The translations under genes were made by a program, and so were the position numbers. A stretch of 64,000 nt of DNA, taken from assembly GCF_006345805.1 (NCBI RefSeq), contig NC_042997.1, forward strand, positions 145,204,001 through 145,268,000. The letters are read 5' to 3'. The notes under the pieces were generated by a model. That model saw only the letters and a program-made list of their open reading frames with translations. It made no database searches and was not told the origin of the DNA. This document shows positions 26,398-39,769 of the stretch, in pieces (positions within the stretch are counted from its first letter, which is position 1; each line of letters begins with the position of its first letter). This DNA comes from Octopus sinensis (Eukaryota).

Positions 26398-26910
26398 GGT
26401 GGAGGCGCAATGGTAGTGGTTAGGGCTACAGACTCGCGGTCGGATGATTGCAGTTTCGATTCCCAGACCAGGCGTTGTGTGTGTTTATTGAGCGAAAACA
26501 CCTAAAGCTCCACGAAGCTCCAGCAGGGGGTGGTAACGACCCCTGTTGTACTCTTTCTTCCTGTTTCTTGAGTAACGTTGTGATGGACTGGTGTCCTGTC
26601 CAGCTGGGGGGAACACATACGCCATAGAAACTGGGAAACTGGGCCCATGAGCCTGGCTAGGCTTGAAAAGGACACATGAATAATAATAATAAATACGGTG
26701 AAAGCAGCGATTTGATAGAATTGTTAGCATGCCAGGCAAAATGTTTACAGCATTTCGTCTACCTTCACGTTCTGAGTTCAAATTCCACCAAGGTCCACTT
26801 TGCCTTTCATCAGTTTGGGGTCAATTAAACAAGTACCAGTTGAACACTAGGGATGATGTAATTGACTTACCCCTACCTGAAATTTCTGGCCTTGTGCCAA
26901 AGTTTTGAAA
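26398..26910 (+). mobile_element. Adjacent SINEs: family B variant (26398-26675) and family A (26701-26910)
   Basis: Both match the consensus of other copies in the window. Confidence 0.75.
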
Positions 26911-27193
26911 TCGTTATTTTGTAATATGGTATTTGCTGTGAAGGTGCATGGCTTAGTGTCCAGTGCATATTCAGCTCACGATTGCAAGGCCGTGAATTCA
27001 ATTCCTGACGATATGTTATGTCTTAAACAAGACACTTTATTTCATGTTACTCCAGTCCACTCAACTGGCAAAAATGAGTGGTACCTATATTTAAAAGGGC
27101 CAGTATTTTTACATTCTGTGTCACGTTGAATCTCTCCAAGAACTATGTTAAGGGTGTGCATGTCTGTGGAGTTCTCAGCCACTTGCACATTAA

Positions 27194-27232
<39 letters not shown>

Positions 27233-27763
27233 GATTACATTCATATTTTACAGTTAAGGTATTATAACAACATGTACTGGAGTGCTGGCATTACACAAAT
27301 AGAAAAAAAAGTAAAAACAAAGATCAATGCAGACACTACTGCACTAATGAATCAGAAGAAAGCAAACAAACATTCATAAAAAAGACTTTTCTGTTAACCA
27401 TTAGGAGAGACTAAAAGCATTATAGATTTGCTTCCTGTAGGATAGAAATTTTGGGAATTTGAACAAGAGAGACAGTTACATTGGAAACTATTTCAGTAAT
27501 TTACTTTAGAACAATTACATTAACACACTTGTTATTGTATTATTAACAGAATATACAGCTCATAAGTTTCAAATGATTTAAAAATAAAAACAGTCAAGAA
27601 TTTTAAAGGGCTTAGTAAAATAACTAACTTTGCCATTACTAAGGTTGGTAGAATTTCCCTCTTAATTGGAGAAAGAAAACAAGAAAACACAGTCATAAAT
27701 GTTGGCAGCTCTCAATTTTTATTATTAAGCAGGTTCTAAAATAAAATGACGATAGACGATTTA

Positions 27764-27977
27764 CAAGGGGATGCTGAAGAGTTCCTGGCTTTGGGTAAAA
27801 GAAAATACAGGAGGATCAGTCAATTATGATTTTATTCAACATATTCCCCACTCAGATTCACACACTTATTGCAGCAGTCCTTCAGTTTTTCTAAGCCCTG
27901 TAAAAGAACTTGGGAAGGTTGAGCCTTCAACCCTTTCGTGATACCCTTAAAGCCAGGAAATTCTCAGCACTCCCTTG
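27764..27977. mobile_element. Tc1/mariner-type MITE with TA target duplication
   Basis: TA|caaggggatgctgaagagttcctggcttt ... aaagccaggaaattctcagcactcccttg|TA, giving ~29-bp imperfect TIRs. Confidence 0.85.
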
Positions 27978-28215
27978 TAAGCTCGAACAAAAACTCTTTA
28001 AAGCAAATAGTTTTGTGTTATAGAACTAAGAGTGGTCTCAAGTAGGCTGGTATCAAAAAAAGGTAAAATTCTCATATGACACAAGATTTCTCAGGGGTTG
28101 CATAATTGACAGAGTGATGATCAACCGACAAAAACTCAGATTTCGTAGCCAAGACAATTAACTCTTTGTGGCCCTCTCCACCTAACTCTAAGTTTGTACC
28201 ACAGATAATATATAT

Positions 28216-28446
28216 ATTTCTTTACTACCCACAAGGGGCTAAACATAGAGGGGACAAACAAGGACAGACAAAGGGATTAAGTCGATTATATCGACCCCAG
28301 TGCGTAACTGGTACTTATTTAATCGACCCCGAAAGGATGAAAGGCAAAGTAGACCTTGGCGGAATTTGAACTCAGAACGTAACGGAAGACGAAATACGGT
28401 TACGCATTTCGCCCGGCGTGCTAATGTTTCTGCCAGCTCGCCACCT
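28216..28446 (-). mobile_element. SINE family A (young)
   Basis: Near-identical to 25149-25382. Confidence 0.85.
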
Positions 28447-30779
28447 TTACTACTATAGGCAGTGTTTTCATTGCAAAACTGATTAAGTATATACTGGCTT
28501 GTAATGCCAAGTTCAGTTCCAGCCTTGGGTAATGCTATCAGCAATACGTGAATACCTTGTCCAATGAGAGTTGACCTCCATTTACTAACTGCTATTGGAA
28601 ACAGAGACAAGAGAGCACTTTCTCTAAGGATCCTAAAAATTTGGAAAGGATTAGCAAGATTTTTGTACAAGCAACAATATTATTTGTTAAATACACAAAT
28701 GTAATACCAAGCAGAGTCAGAACACTGCTATAAATTATAATTTTTACTTCTAAACAGCTAAATTATATTCAACAATATAAAAATATAAATAATTAGAAAA
28801 AGAAAATACTACTACTATAATGAAATAGAGTCCAAGTATTTTATTCTGTTATCACCAGTAAGAACTGAAGTATATATTTTAAATGAGTTCTTACATTGCT
28901 GTTATCAGTAAATTATACTGGCAATACAAAACCACACAGTATTTTAGAAAGATTACTTCATTATATCTGCTTTTATGATTTGATAATATCGAGAGATCTT
29001 TCAAAACTACCACAGGATAAAGAGATTTGATAAGATTGGCGATATCTCTGACAATCATATTGAATATTGTTACGTATCTTCCTTACGTCACTTTGCCATC
29101 GTTGGAATAGTATGTTAGGCTACACTGACCCAGAGGAATATGTCATAGCAACATGACACAGGAACAAAAGAACGGCAAAAAGTGGAAGTACTTAATGGAA
29201 TATAGAGTAACAACAGTTCAGAATTACTTGACAATAAAACCAACAAGGACAAGAAAATAAAGATGCCAAAAAGACACTATTATACATATATAATTCTTAT
29301 AGTAGTTCTTCATTTATTTTTATTCTGCTGTATTTTTCTTTCTAGCAATGGACATTTAGGCATCATAAAGCTTTTGTACTGATTTAGAAAGCAAAAAAAA
29401 AAAAAACCTCAGCTAAGTTCACTATTTTTACCTGTCATCTTTTATAGACATATTTACGGTTATGAGAAGCCATTTCATGGATGCAAGGAATAGTAGTGAA
29501 ATATCCCTCAAATTATAGCCTAAGCTTTGATTACAGTTCTGGTCAAGAGCTAAACAACGTTATAGTTTGGGTCATAAAATATTATTTAAGTTACTGGTGG
29601 ACAATAGGATAGTGACTAACTTCAGCTTAAGACCCACAACAGGGTTAGCAGATGAATAGAGAGGTCTGTGTGACAAGATGCTATTCATAAATCACAAGCT
29701 AACATTGTGGGAGGACAGTATTGTAGATACAACATAAGTTTGAAGAGATGAGGAAATCTTTCAAGTTCTTTTCTCTGGGCAAGTGTCATAGTTAAAATAA
29801 ATATAGATGCAAGAATGAGTGTGTGGTAAGAAGTTTGCTTCCCAACCACATGATCTGGGTTCAGTTCCACTGTGTGGCATCTCGGGCAAGTGTCTTCTAC
29901 TTCTTTGTGATTGGATTTGACAGATGGAAACCAAAAGACCATCATCATCATCATCATCATTTAATGTCTGTTTTCCATGCTGACATGAGTTACACACACA
30001 CACACCTATGTGTTTGCCTTTTTGTTTGTATTTGGCCCCCACCACTGCTTGACAACTGGTGATGGTTTGTTTACAGCCCCATAAATTATTGGTTCAGCAA
30101 AAGAGACTGATAGAACAAGTACCACACTTAAACAAAATAAATACTAAGACTGCTCAATTCAACTAAAACTCTTCAAAGTGGTGCTCCAGCATGACCGCCA
30201 ACCAATGACTGAAACAAGTAAAAGATAATTACTGTGGTTTCAATGTTTTGACCTCAGACCCTTTACCTGCTGTGCACAGAATTTTCTTTTCTCTTCATCA
30301 ATAATGGGATTCTTCCTTCCCACATAGTAACTACATTTACACTACAACACTTCTTCAATTATTTCCTATCAATACAAACCCTCATTAACTTCTTCCAATT
30401 CTAGATTCCCCGAAACTTGGTGCTCACCCATCTATGTCCATTCATACATATTACATATGGCTCCTTTAAATATGATTGAATAGCTCTCATGGGCCACTAG
30501 CTTTCTGATTGCCCACCAGTTACTAAACTTGAAGAGAAAGGAATAATTTTGACAATACCATATGTAAAGAGGATAGAGAAGTAGGAAGTGTTTTGAATAA
30601 CGATGCAGCATATGAAGTAACATATGCTATATCAGTGGAGAAAATATGTATTAGAAATGATAAAAGCTTGTTTGTTTATTCTTAAAGACAGCACAAAGTA
30701 AGGAGAGGGGGGGGGAGGAACCAGATAAGTGTTACTATGCCAGACTTTTTGAATAAATAGCACAAAATAAACAGAAATA

Positions 30780-31500
30780 TTCTATTGGATCCAATGCTGA
30801 AGCCAACGGTAGAAATAATAAGACAAGGAATAGTGAATAAAACAATTATGTCAATGAAGTCACAGAAAGCTGCTAGAGTAATTGCTGATATGTTGAAAAA
30901 TATCAAAGAAGTTTAGGTAATCCAAGTCAAATTTGTGTAGGAAGGTGTTATTCTTGCTACTGGTATACACAGCAGAAACGTTTCGCTGTAACAAAAGCAA
31001 GGAAGATGCACTGGAATGGAGTTAAGCTAATGGATTACATAGTGAACGTGTTAGACAGTTTGTAACCAAGCTAATATACTTGAAAAAGCTGTGATGTACA
31101 AAATGGTTATTTGGTTTATTCCAGGATGACGATGATGATGATGATGATGATGATGATGATAAAAAAGCAAAAAAAAGCATCATAAATGTCATATATTTAG
31201 CTGGCAAAACAGCAGGAGATATGATGACGACAGCAAGATGAAATTATAAACAAAATGAATGAGTGAAAAAATTTAAAAAATTTTTTTAAAGGATAGCCAG
31301 GGGAGGGGAAATATGGCTAAAGGTATCATTGGCAATAGGAAAATGGATTTTAAAAACAATAAAGACATACATAATGATTGTGCTACTTGTAAAGGAGGAA
31401 CTCAGTCAAGGGCAAACTATTCTATTTTGCATTTGTTGATCTTCAAATGAATATATAAAGAAATGAACAAAGAAAAAGAGCCTTTGATGGTGTCATACAT
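30780..31500 (+). mobile_element. Ancient decayed RTE RT fragment
   Basis: Degenerate translations KTIMSMKSQKAA..VIADMLK, GFIPG and KLFYFAFVDL..AFD.V are collinear with the RT motifs of the 3123-7100 element. Confidence 0.6.
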
Positions 31501-32117
31501 TTTACAGTCTGGCGGGCAATCAGAAAGCTAGTAGCCCATGAGAGTCGTTCAGTCGTATGCAAAGGAGCTAAATGCGATATACACAAATGGATACAGATGG
31601 GTGAGCACGAAGTTTCAATAGTTCCTAATGACTTATTTATATATTTTATAATGCAATCAACGAACAATAGTGGCATTAGTTACACATTTTCAATGGCTTA
31701 ATCACTGCTTCATTGCATTTCTGACAGCGGCGCTGACAAGAGTGTCTGCAACCCAGTGTAGAACAAATATCACATTCATACAGTTTCCTTGTTGGTGTTT
31801 GTATCCACTACCAACATATATCAGTGAAAGAAAGGAAGTACAAACACACACACACACACACACACACATTATCATCATTTTAATATCTACTTTTACATGT
31901 TTACATGTATTAGATAGAATTTATTGAGGCAGATTTTCTATGGTCAGATATCCTTATGATACCAACCAGTACCTGTTTCCAAGGAAGGTAATTTTCGCCC
32001 AAAGCTAGACATATTTTCACAGAATATTGGAAATAAAGGACACTGTTTCAATGATAGTGACAACCATTTTACAATTTTCACAAGATGTCAAGGCAATGTG
32101 ACACAAACCACCCTACC

Positions 32118-32153
<36 letters not shown>

Positions 32154-33330
32154 AATATGCCATGAGAAAAGTTCCCAGTCCACTCTGTAAAGTGGTTGGC
32201 ATTAAGAAGGGCAGTAGAGCCTGGTGCAGGCCTCTGGCTTGCTAGCTCCTATGAGACCATCCAAACTATACCAGCAGGGAAGATGGATGTTAAACTACTA
32301 CTACGGCGATGGTGACGACAATGATATATACAATGCACTTCTTTCAGTTTCCATCTATCAAATCCACTAATAAGGCTTTGGTTGACCTATATTGATGACA
32401 CATGCCCAAGCTGCCAGCAGAGGGGCTGAACCCAGAACACCATGTCGTTGGGAAACAAACTTCTTACCAAACAGCCAAACCTGTGCCTAGAGTAGATATG
32501 AATGTGTAGTTACAAAATTTGTTTCATGGCAACTGTGATTTTGAGTTTGGTGCCACTGTATGGCACCCTAGACAAGCGTGTTCAGGCTAAACAATTCCAT
32601 TACAAGTGGAATTGGGAGATAGAAACAGAGAGCAAGCCCATCAAATCAGTGTTTTTACAAAAACCAAAAAGAAAGAAAATACCACTGAATTTAATATACT
32701 AAATAAATATTTATTACTTCATATATATATATATAATTTGCATACAAGAGACAAAATGTTACTGATCTTCCATAGATCACTTTATCAAAGTGTAAACATC
32801 GCATCTACTAGTCCTGTATAGTTGAAATACTATGCCAGGCTGCACTGACCCAGAAGACTATGTCTTAGCAACACACATGACACATGAACAAAAGAATGAC
32901 AAGACTTGAAGGTCATTATGGGAATATGAAGCAACATTTCAGAATTAGATGACAATAAATCAACAAGGATGAGAAAATGTTTCAAGAGACCGTAAAGAAG
33001 TCTAAGAGAAAACTTTTTTTTAAAGTTTACACATAAAGCAAAAATAAATGATATATAGAATAATTATCTATATGCAAAGAATATAATAAAGCTATAAATT
33101 CAATGATTGTTTTGAATACTATATGTAAAATATTCTTAGGAATTTCTCAATTAGTGGGTGAAAGAAAACAAAGAAAAAAAAACCTTAGTTGCAATTGTTG
33201 GTGACATTCAAAGTAAAAAGGGAGATAATTCTAAGAAATTTGGAATTCATTTTCTATAAAATCATATTAACATTTAGTGTGCCCCTGGTGGTTAACTTAT
33301 TATAGGGAAGACAGTAACTCCTAGATTAAT

Positions 33331-33554
33331 TTAACCCTTTTGATACCAACCCGGCTGAAACCGGCTCTAGCTCTGAGTACAAATGTCTTATTTTCATAAG
33401 TTTTGAATTAAAATCTTCCACCAAACCTTAGTCACAATTAATGTTCCTAACACTAGCTGAATGATAACTAAGTTATTTTACTAAATTCTTTGTTATATTT
33501 AAAGTATTTGAAAGAAATACAGAGCATCTCAAAATAAATACAGTAACAAAAGAT
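33331..33554. mobile_element. piggyBac-like MITE, second family
   Basis: TTAA-cccttttgatacc left end; near-identical body to 8596-8819. Confidence 0.75.
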
Positions 33555-33757
33555 TTGAAAGTTTGGATTTTATATCACTGTGTAAAGGTGTACAGAGCAT
33601 GTACATTGAATTTTTAAAAACACTTTATAAAGTTCTTAAAGTTGGTTGAGCATGTATGTGAAAGAAAGAGAGACAGAAGTAGATCATGAAAGAGAGACAG
33701 ATAGAGACATAAGACAGGGAGACAAAGAGAGAAGGAGATACATATATATATATATAA

Positions 33758-33880
33758 AGGGGAAGTTTAAACAAACAAATGTATTAGTATAGCGCTCAGG
33801 AATAGAAAAAGTCTTTTATGTTTCGAGCCTACGCTCTTCGACAGAAAGGGACACAGAAAAAAACAAGGAGAGAAAAAAAA
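33758..33880 (-). mobile_element. Short Penelope-type terminal-repeat fragment with hammerhead-like motif, embedded in (TA)n
   Basis: Minus strand cttt-CTGTCGA-a-GAGC-gtag-GCTC-GAAAC-ATA-aaag. Confidence 0.5.
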
Positions 33881-34013
33881 TATATATATATTACATAACA
33901 CATCATGTGAAACAAAATCTATCTTAAAAAATAAACCTTAAAAGTATAAAACACACACACACACAAACACATACACACTCACACACAGAATCCACAGAAG
34001 TTATAAAACTTAC

Positions 34014-34210
34014 CCGTTCCCGAAGACGTTTGTCATGGACTATAATAATATGTTCACAGCATTTGTTGTTTTCTACTATCACCTTTGCGGTCTCAGCAGC
34101 ACGGTTAAGGTCACTTGCAAAGACATGGGTAAAGTTCTCGTTCTGTAGCCGACCAGCTACCAGACGGACTTGGTCGAGACCAGTAGACGATAATTGCCAA
34201 TCTTTCTGGC
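34014..34210 (-). CDS. TIGAR: TIGAR-like, 197-nt coding exon: GQKDWQLSSTG...FTHVFASDLNRAAETA...HDKRLRER
   Basis: ttgcag acceptor at 34211 and CGG|gtaagt donor at 34013. Contains the SDLxRA (catalytic Arg) and DxRLRE (catalytic Glu) motifs, in frame with both neighbouring exons. Confidence 0.92.
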
Positions 34211-34549
34211 CTGCAATAAGGAAATATCTCTTTAATGCTAAATATATCCAGACATGATAATTTAGTGACAATTTAGCTGATGTAATGTAGAAAGATACAG
34301 AAATAAAAAAAAATAAATAAATATAAAATAAACAAAACAATACATATGCAGTGAAAATTCATCAAATGTTCAATCTACAATATGGTGTTTGTGTGTGTGT
34401 GTGTGTGTGTGTGCACGTCCGTGTGCACATATATAACAAAAATGAGCTCAGAAAATAAGTCATGGCTGGTGGAATGTATTTGAACATAGACAAATACAGG
34501 TATATCAGATACCATGCAATAAAAATTCTTGATTTATTAAAATTATCTC

Positions 34550-34994
34550 CAGCGCTGCCCCAACGGGCCTCCGTGCCGGTGGCATGTAAAAAAGCACCAT
34601 CTGATCATGGCCGTTGCCAGCTTTGCCTGGCCCCCATGCTGGTGGCACGTAAAAAGCACAATCCGATTGTGACCGTTGCCAGCCTCGCCTGGCCCCCGTG
34701 CCAGTGGCACGTAAAAAGCACCATCCGATCGTGGCCATTGCTAGCCTCGCCTGGCACGTAAAAAGCACCATCTGACCATGGCCGTTTGTCAGCCCCGTCT
34801 GGCACCTATGCCGGTGGCACGTAAAAAGCACCCACTACACTCACGGAGTGGTTGGCATTAGGAAGGGCATCCAGCTGTAGAAACATTGCCAGATCAGACT
34901 GGGCCTGGTGCAGCCTTCTGGCTTCCCAGACTCCAGTTGAACCGTCCAACCCATGCTAGCATGGAAAGCGGACGCTAAATGATGATGATGATGA
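34550..34994 (+). mobile_element. RTE 3'-end copy with about five ~62-bp hairpin subrepeats and (GAT)n tail
   Basis: Repeated gtgcc(g/a)gtggcacgtaaaaagcacc units followed by the conserved 3' terminus ccatgctagcatggaaagcggacgctaaatgatgatg. Confidence 0.88.
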
Positions 34995-35129
34995 ATTACC
35001 AAATGACAATCAAAATGAGCTCCACCTGATAAAAGAGAGATTATTTCATGATTAATGAACTTTCCAAAGTTGATGAACCATTAAAGGAAAGGACAGGCAT
35101 ATTGTCAGAGATACGAGGACAGTTGTGTA

Positions 35130-35371
35130 CATATCATTTCTATTATGTTAAACTGTCGTATGTCCAAATTTGGTCAAATGCATTTTTTTTTTCAATATTT
35201 ATTTTTGCTTGCAATAGCTGGTTCTTCTGGTCAAACTATCGTATCTCAAGCCACTTCGGATGCCAAGATATCAAAAATTGCCAAAGTGTTTTTGCTATGG
35301 AATGGTGAAACTTTTTTGTTGTTTTCTGAAAAAACATTTTGGACTTACGGCATTTTTGCACAACAATATGT
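35130..35371. mobile_element. MITE (TIR ctattatg.aaa.tgtcgta.gtccaaa); inverted relative to the 39459-39715 copy
   Basis: Self-complementary ends and an internal sequence matching the reverse complement of 39459-39715. Confidence 0.75.
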
Positions 35372-36179
35372 TTCTACCTCAATAGGTGTCATCAGTAAGA
35401 CAATTTTCAAACATTCCTCCAATAACCAAAGAATTTAGGCTTACACAAAAAGGAGAATACAACTATGCCTGAGAAATTTGTATTGTGCTGGTGCCACATA
35501 AAAGTAGATGTGCAGTGCCATGCAAAAGCATCCATACGGTGCCATGTAAAAGCACCCATACAGTTCCCATGTAAAAGTGCCTGTGTGGTGCCATATAAAA
35601 GCCCCCAGCACACTCTGTAAAGTGGTTGATGTTAGGAAGGGCAAAAGGTGTATCACTGTGACATTAGATCATTGTAAAGCAGTAGGATGAACAACATATT
35701 TGGTTGACAGGCAGAATGTCGAATTTATTATTGTAGGTCACAAAGTTTTGGCATTAAATTCAAAAAGCTTGTGTGTCAGTTTTCTGACACACAATGTTGT
35801 GTTTATTATTATAGCTCTTGTAAACCGTTTGAAACCTCTAAGGGTCACTTTACCTGCTAGAGATAGCAGCCCAAATGCTCTAACATCAGATCCCAATGCT
35901 GGATGTTCAAGAACCAAATGAAGGTCAGATTTTTAATCCTGGGATCATCTTGATTCCAAAAAGATGTAATATGTCAATGTAGAGTAAATGTAGACTGAGA
36001 TACATGGGTGCCGGACAGACAGAATCCTACTTTTATTTATACAGAAGTAACAGTGTCAGTACAAAATACAGCCACTGTTTGAAAGAAGTAAACCATGACT
36101 TTTTTCTTTTTTTTATTCACTTACTGGAAAGAAGAGTAACCATCATAACTTCTGTGCACCCTTTGAGACAACTGGAATT

Positions 36180-37480
36180 GATGCCATTAATGCTTTGTTT
36201 AAACTATTGCAAGTCAACACCAGCAAGAAATGGGGAGGAAATTCTAGTGGGATAATACTTTGGGAAGGAAGGACTAGTAAATGCAAAGCCTAGAGAGTTG
36301 GACACAAAGATGATAACAGAGGGTCTTGTTCCTTCTTCACTCACACCGGGAGTGCTTGAGTGAAGGAGGAACAAGACAACCAACTCTAGGGTAGATGCCA
36401 TTATGGTATTGTGATAGCAATTGTAGTAAAAAAGACAGATAGGAGAAAGCATTCTTGTAAGCATGAGTGATTTTATGCCAGTCAGTTAAGTGGTCTTTGT
36501 TTGGTCATGGTCTAACATTTCTGAATGTATAGTAGCAGCACCATTCCAGATATGAGTAGTATTCCATTGTGTGTCCTACTTGAGCCTTGTAGAACATTAG
36601 CACTTGTCAGAAGCTTAGATATTTTCAGACCCTGATAAGAAGGGTCAGTCTTTGGGGGTATAGTACTGACTATGTTGAGAATGTGCCTGGTCATAGCGGG
36701 GCCTAAAATTTGGATCAACCATGAAAGCTGGCTGTAAGTTGAGTGTTGTTCATGTTTAAGTTGGGTGTGGTGCAAAGCTGTTTTCTTAATATGAGTAGTG
36801 CCTGAGTTGTTTTTGCCTGCTGATAGAGACAAAAATTGGCCAAGCTGCACTGGATCATGTTTATAGGTTTCCATTCATGAAATTGGTACTGGTTTGGTGA
36901 GTGGCGTTTAGATTGTATGAGGATGATGCAGGTTTGAGGACGATTAGGGTGGAATGAAAGTTTGTACCATCTGTGTAAAAGAATGCATGGTTGCATGGTC
37001 ATTGATTGTAGGTCATTGATATATAGAAGGAAGAAGAGAGTATGGAATAAAACCCAATCCTAGTGCTCATCAAATCTGATTGAGAAAGGGACAGAAACAG
37101 TTCTATCGATATGCTGTGATGATGTGATCTGATAAGAAAAGGAGCGGAAGACAAAAACCAAATCCTGGAGGATATTGAAGTAGGTTCAGAATGGGAGAGA
37201 AAGAGCTCCATCACCACACACTATGATTGTATGACCTGAAAAGAAACTACTGATGCAAAAGATGAGAGAAGGATGGAACTTGTAGGTACAAAGTTTTGAT
37301 AGTAGATTTGTATAACAAACATAGTTAAAAACTTTACTGAAATTTAGAGCAGCAATGTTATTTTTACTGACTTTCTAAAGGGCAAGAACCCCACTGGTGG
37401 GTCTCCACTAGGTTTGGGTCTATGGAAGCCTTACTGGTGGCCATTAAAGAGAGAGAGAGAGAGAAAGAGAGAGGAGATAC
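36180..37480 (-). mobile_element. Decayed CR1/L2-like LINE 3' portion
   Basis: Degenerate translations YKAQVGHTMEYYSY..W.GAAA, CLFYY..YH and VDLQ*FKQSIN, typical of post-RT CR1-group C-termini; boundaries approximate. Confidence 0.6.
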
Positions 37481-38103
37481 ACGATGATGGAGAATGTTGC
37501 TGTTGATGGCCGTCTCCATTACTTCAGAAATATTGAGAATGAGTGCAATTCCTATTGATACTATTGGTACTGCCAAACAGCCTCTTGCAAAGTGAACTCC
37601 TAAACAAACAATACAACAGTGTTTCCTTCATGTAACTGATTCACACAGAAATAGCCGAGACAGGAGAGCTCTTCAACATAACAACACTGTTTAGCAAAGT
37701 GGCAACCATCAATAACATTGAAATAGAATAAATTGATTGCCATGATAGATAAAAACCGAGTCTCGATTTAGTAACAAGTCCAGACAGCTTCCTTACAATT
37801 CACCAACAAAAATAATGACCATAGCAAAAAATCCCTAGCCAAACTACTTCAGTTACTTTCCCAAAATTTCCTTGAAAGTGGTAAACACATACAAATCTAA
37901 ATTTAGACAAATAAGAAAAAGGTGGTGTTAGGGGAAGGGGTGGCAGACATGGCTGTGTGATTGAGACACTTTGTTTTGCAAGCATGTGGTTTTGGGTTCA
38001 GTTACACAGCACAGCACCTTGAGCAAGTGTCTTCTACTAATAGGCCTGGGTCAATCAATGCTTTCCGAGTGAATTTAGCAGGTGGAAACTGTGTGGAAGC
38101 CAA

Positions 38104-38149
<46 letters not shown>

Positions 38150-39458
38150 ATTTGTGACATTTGTTTCTACTCTGCCTGAAGAACTGGAGTTGTCTTGTTC
38201 GTGTCCTTGTAACTTAATGGTTCAGTAAAAGAAACCAACAGAATAAGTGCCAGACTTAAGAAAACAAATACTGGAGGTGACTTGTTTGACCAAACCCTTC
38301 AAGGCAGTGACCAAGCATGCCTGTTGTCCAATGACTGGAACAAAGATCAAAGTATAAAAGATATGTCCTACTTGCAAGAAAGAAAATAAGATATATTCTA
38401 ATAATTCACAGACATATTCTTTTATTCTTTTACTTGTTTCAGTCATCAGACTGTGGCCATGCTGGAGTACCACATCGTCATCATCATTTAACACCTGCTA
38501 TCCATGCTGGATGGTTGGACGGTTTGACCAGGCTGGCATGCTGGAAGGCTGCACCAGACTCCAGTCTGATTTGGCATGGTTTTCTATGGCTGGATGCCCT
38601 TTCTAATGCAAACCCCTCTGAGAGTATAATGGGTGCTTTTATGTGCCATTAGCCTGACACCAGGGTGGTTTTATGTGCCACCGGCATGATACCAGAATCT
38701 GCTACAACTGCGATTTTGCTCAGCTTGATGGGTCTTCTTCTCTAGCACAACATAATGCCAAAGGCCTCCGTCATTGCCTCTGTGAGGCCCAACACTCGAA
38801 GGAACTCAGCCACTTTGCCTCCTTGAAAAATTTTTAGTCACATGATACAACCCCAATACTTTTTTTTTTAAGCCTGGTACTTATTCTATCAGTCTCTTTT
38901 TGCCGAACCACTAAGTTATGGGAACATAAACAACACCAGTCGTCAAGTGGAGTAGGGTAAGAGTGGGAGAACAAGCATACACACATATACATAAACATAC
39001 ATGTATATGTATGTGTGTGTACATGCTTCTGTGTTTGTCCCCCTACCCCACCACTTGACAACCGGGCTTCTTTTGGTTTCCATCTACCAAATCCAGTCAT
39101 AAGGCTTTGGTCAGCTCGAGGCTATAGTAGAAGACACTTGCCCAAGGTACCACACATAGTGGGACTGAACCCAGAACCATGTGATTGGGAAGCAAACTTC
39201 TTCCCACAGATCCACTCCTGTCCCTTGTGTCTCATAGTAAACAAAATCATTGAATGAATAATCAGAAAACATTATATTGTTAAGGAAAATCTTTAGCTAA
39301 ATTATATAATCACTTCAAGTTCTAACCAGGCAGAGGCTACCTCAAATAACTTCTACAGTATTACAATTTAGTGCTATAAGTAGCTGTTTGAGTATTCTTT
39401 TGTAGATATGGTGTATAAGCACTTTGGAAAGATGATAATGGAATTATATGTTATAAAT

Positions 39459-39715
39459 ATATTGTTGCTATTATGCAAAAGTGTCGTAAGTCCAAAATGT
39501 TGCTTTTTCAGAAAACAAAAAAAATAGCTTCACCATTCCACAGCAAAGTCGTTGTACTACACTTCAACAATTTTTGATATTTTGGCTTCTAAAGCAGCTG
39601 GAGATACGAAAGTTTGACCAAAAGAACCAGCTGTTGCAAGCAAAAAATAAATATTGAAAAACACACATTTGGCCAAATTTGGACATACAACAGTTTACCA
39701 TAATAGCAACAATAT
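39459..39715. mobile_element. MITE with ~40-bp imperfect TIRs (atattgttgctattatg...cataatagcaacaatat)
   Basis: Terminal inverted repeats are visible directly; second copy at 35130-35371. Confidence 0.8.
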
Positions 39716-39769
39716 GATTACAATACATTGATATAACTACTAGAATGGCTAGGTAATGGTAAAATAAAC

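Noticed and set aside
34572-34832. CRISPR-like look: palindromic gtgcc-nnn-ggcac repeats at regular spacing
   Set aside because: The intervening sequences are homologous to each other rather than unique spacers; eukaryotic context with no cas genes. It is the tandem unit of the RTE 3' UTR.
35130-39715. Possible 4.6-kb DNA transposon bounded by long TIRs
   Set aside because: Each arm is itself a complete MITE with its own TIRs, and the interior has no transposase.
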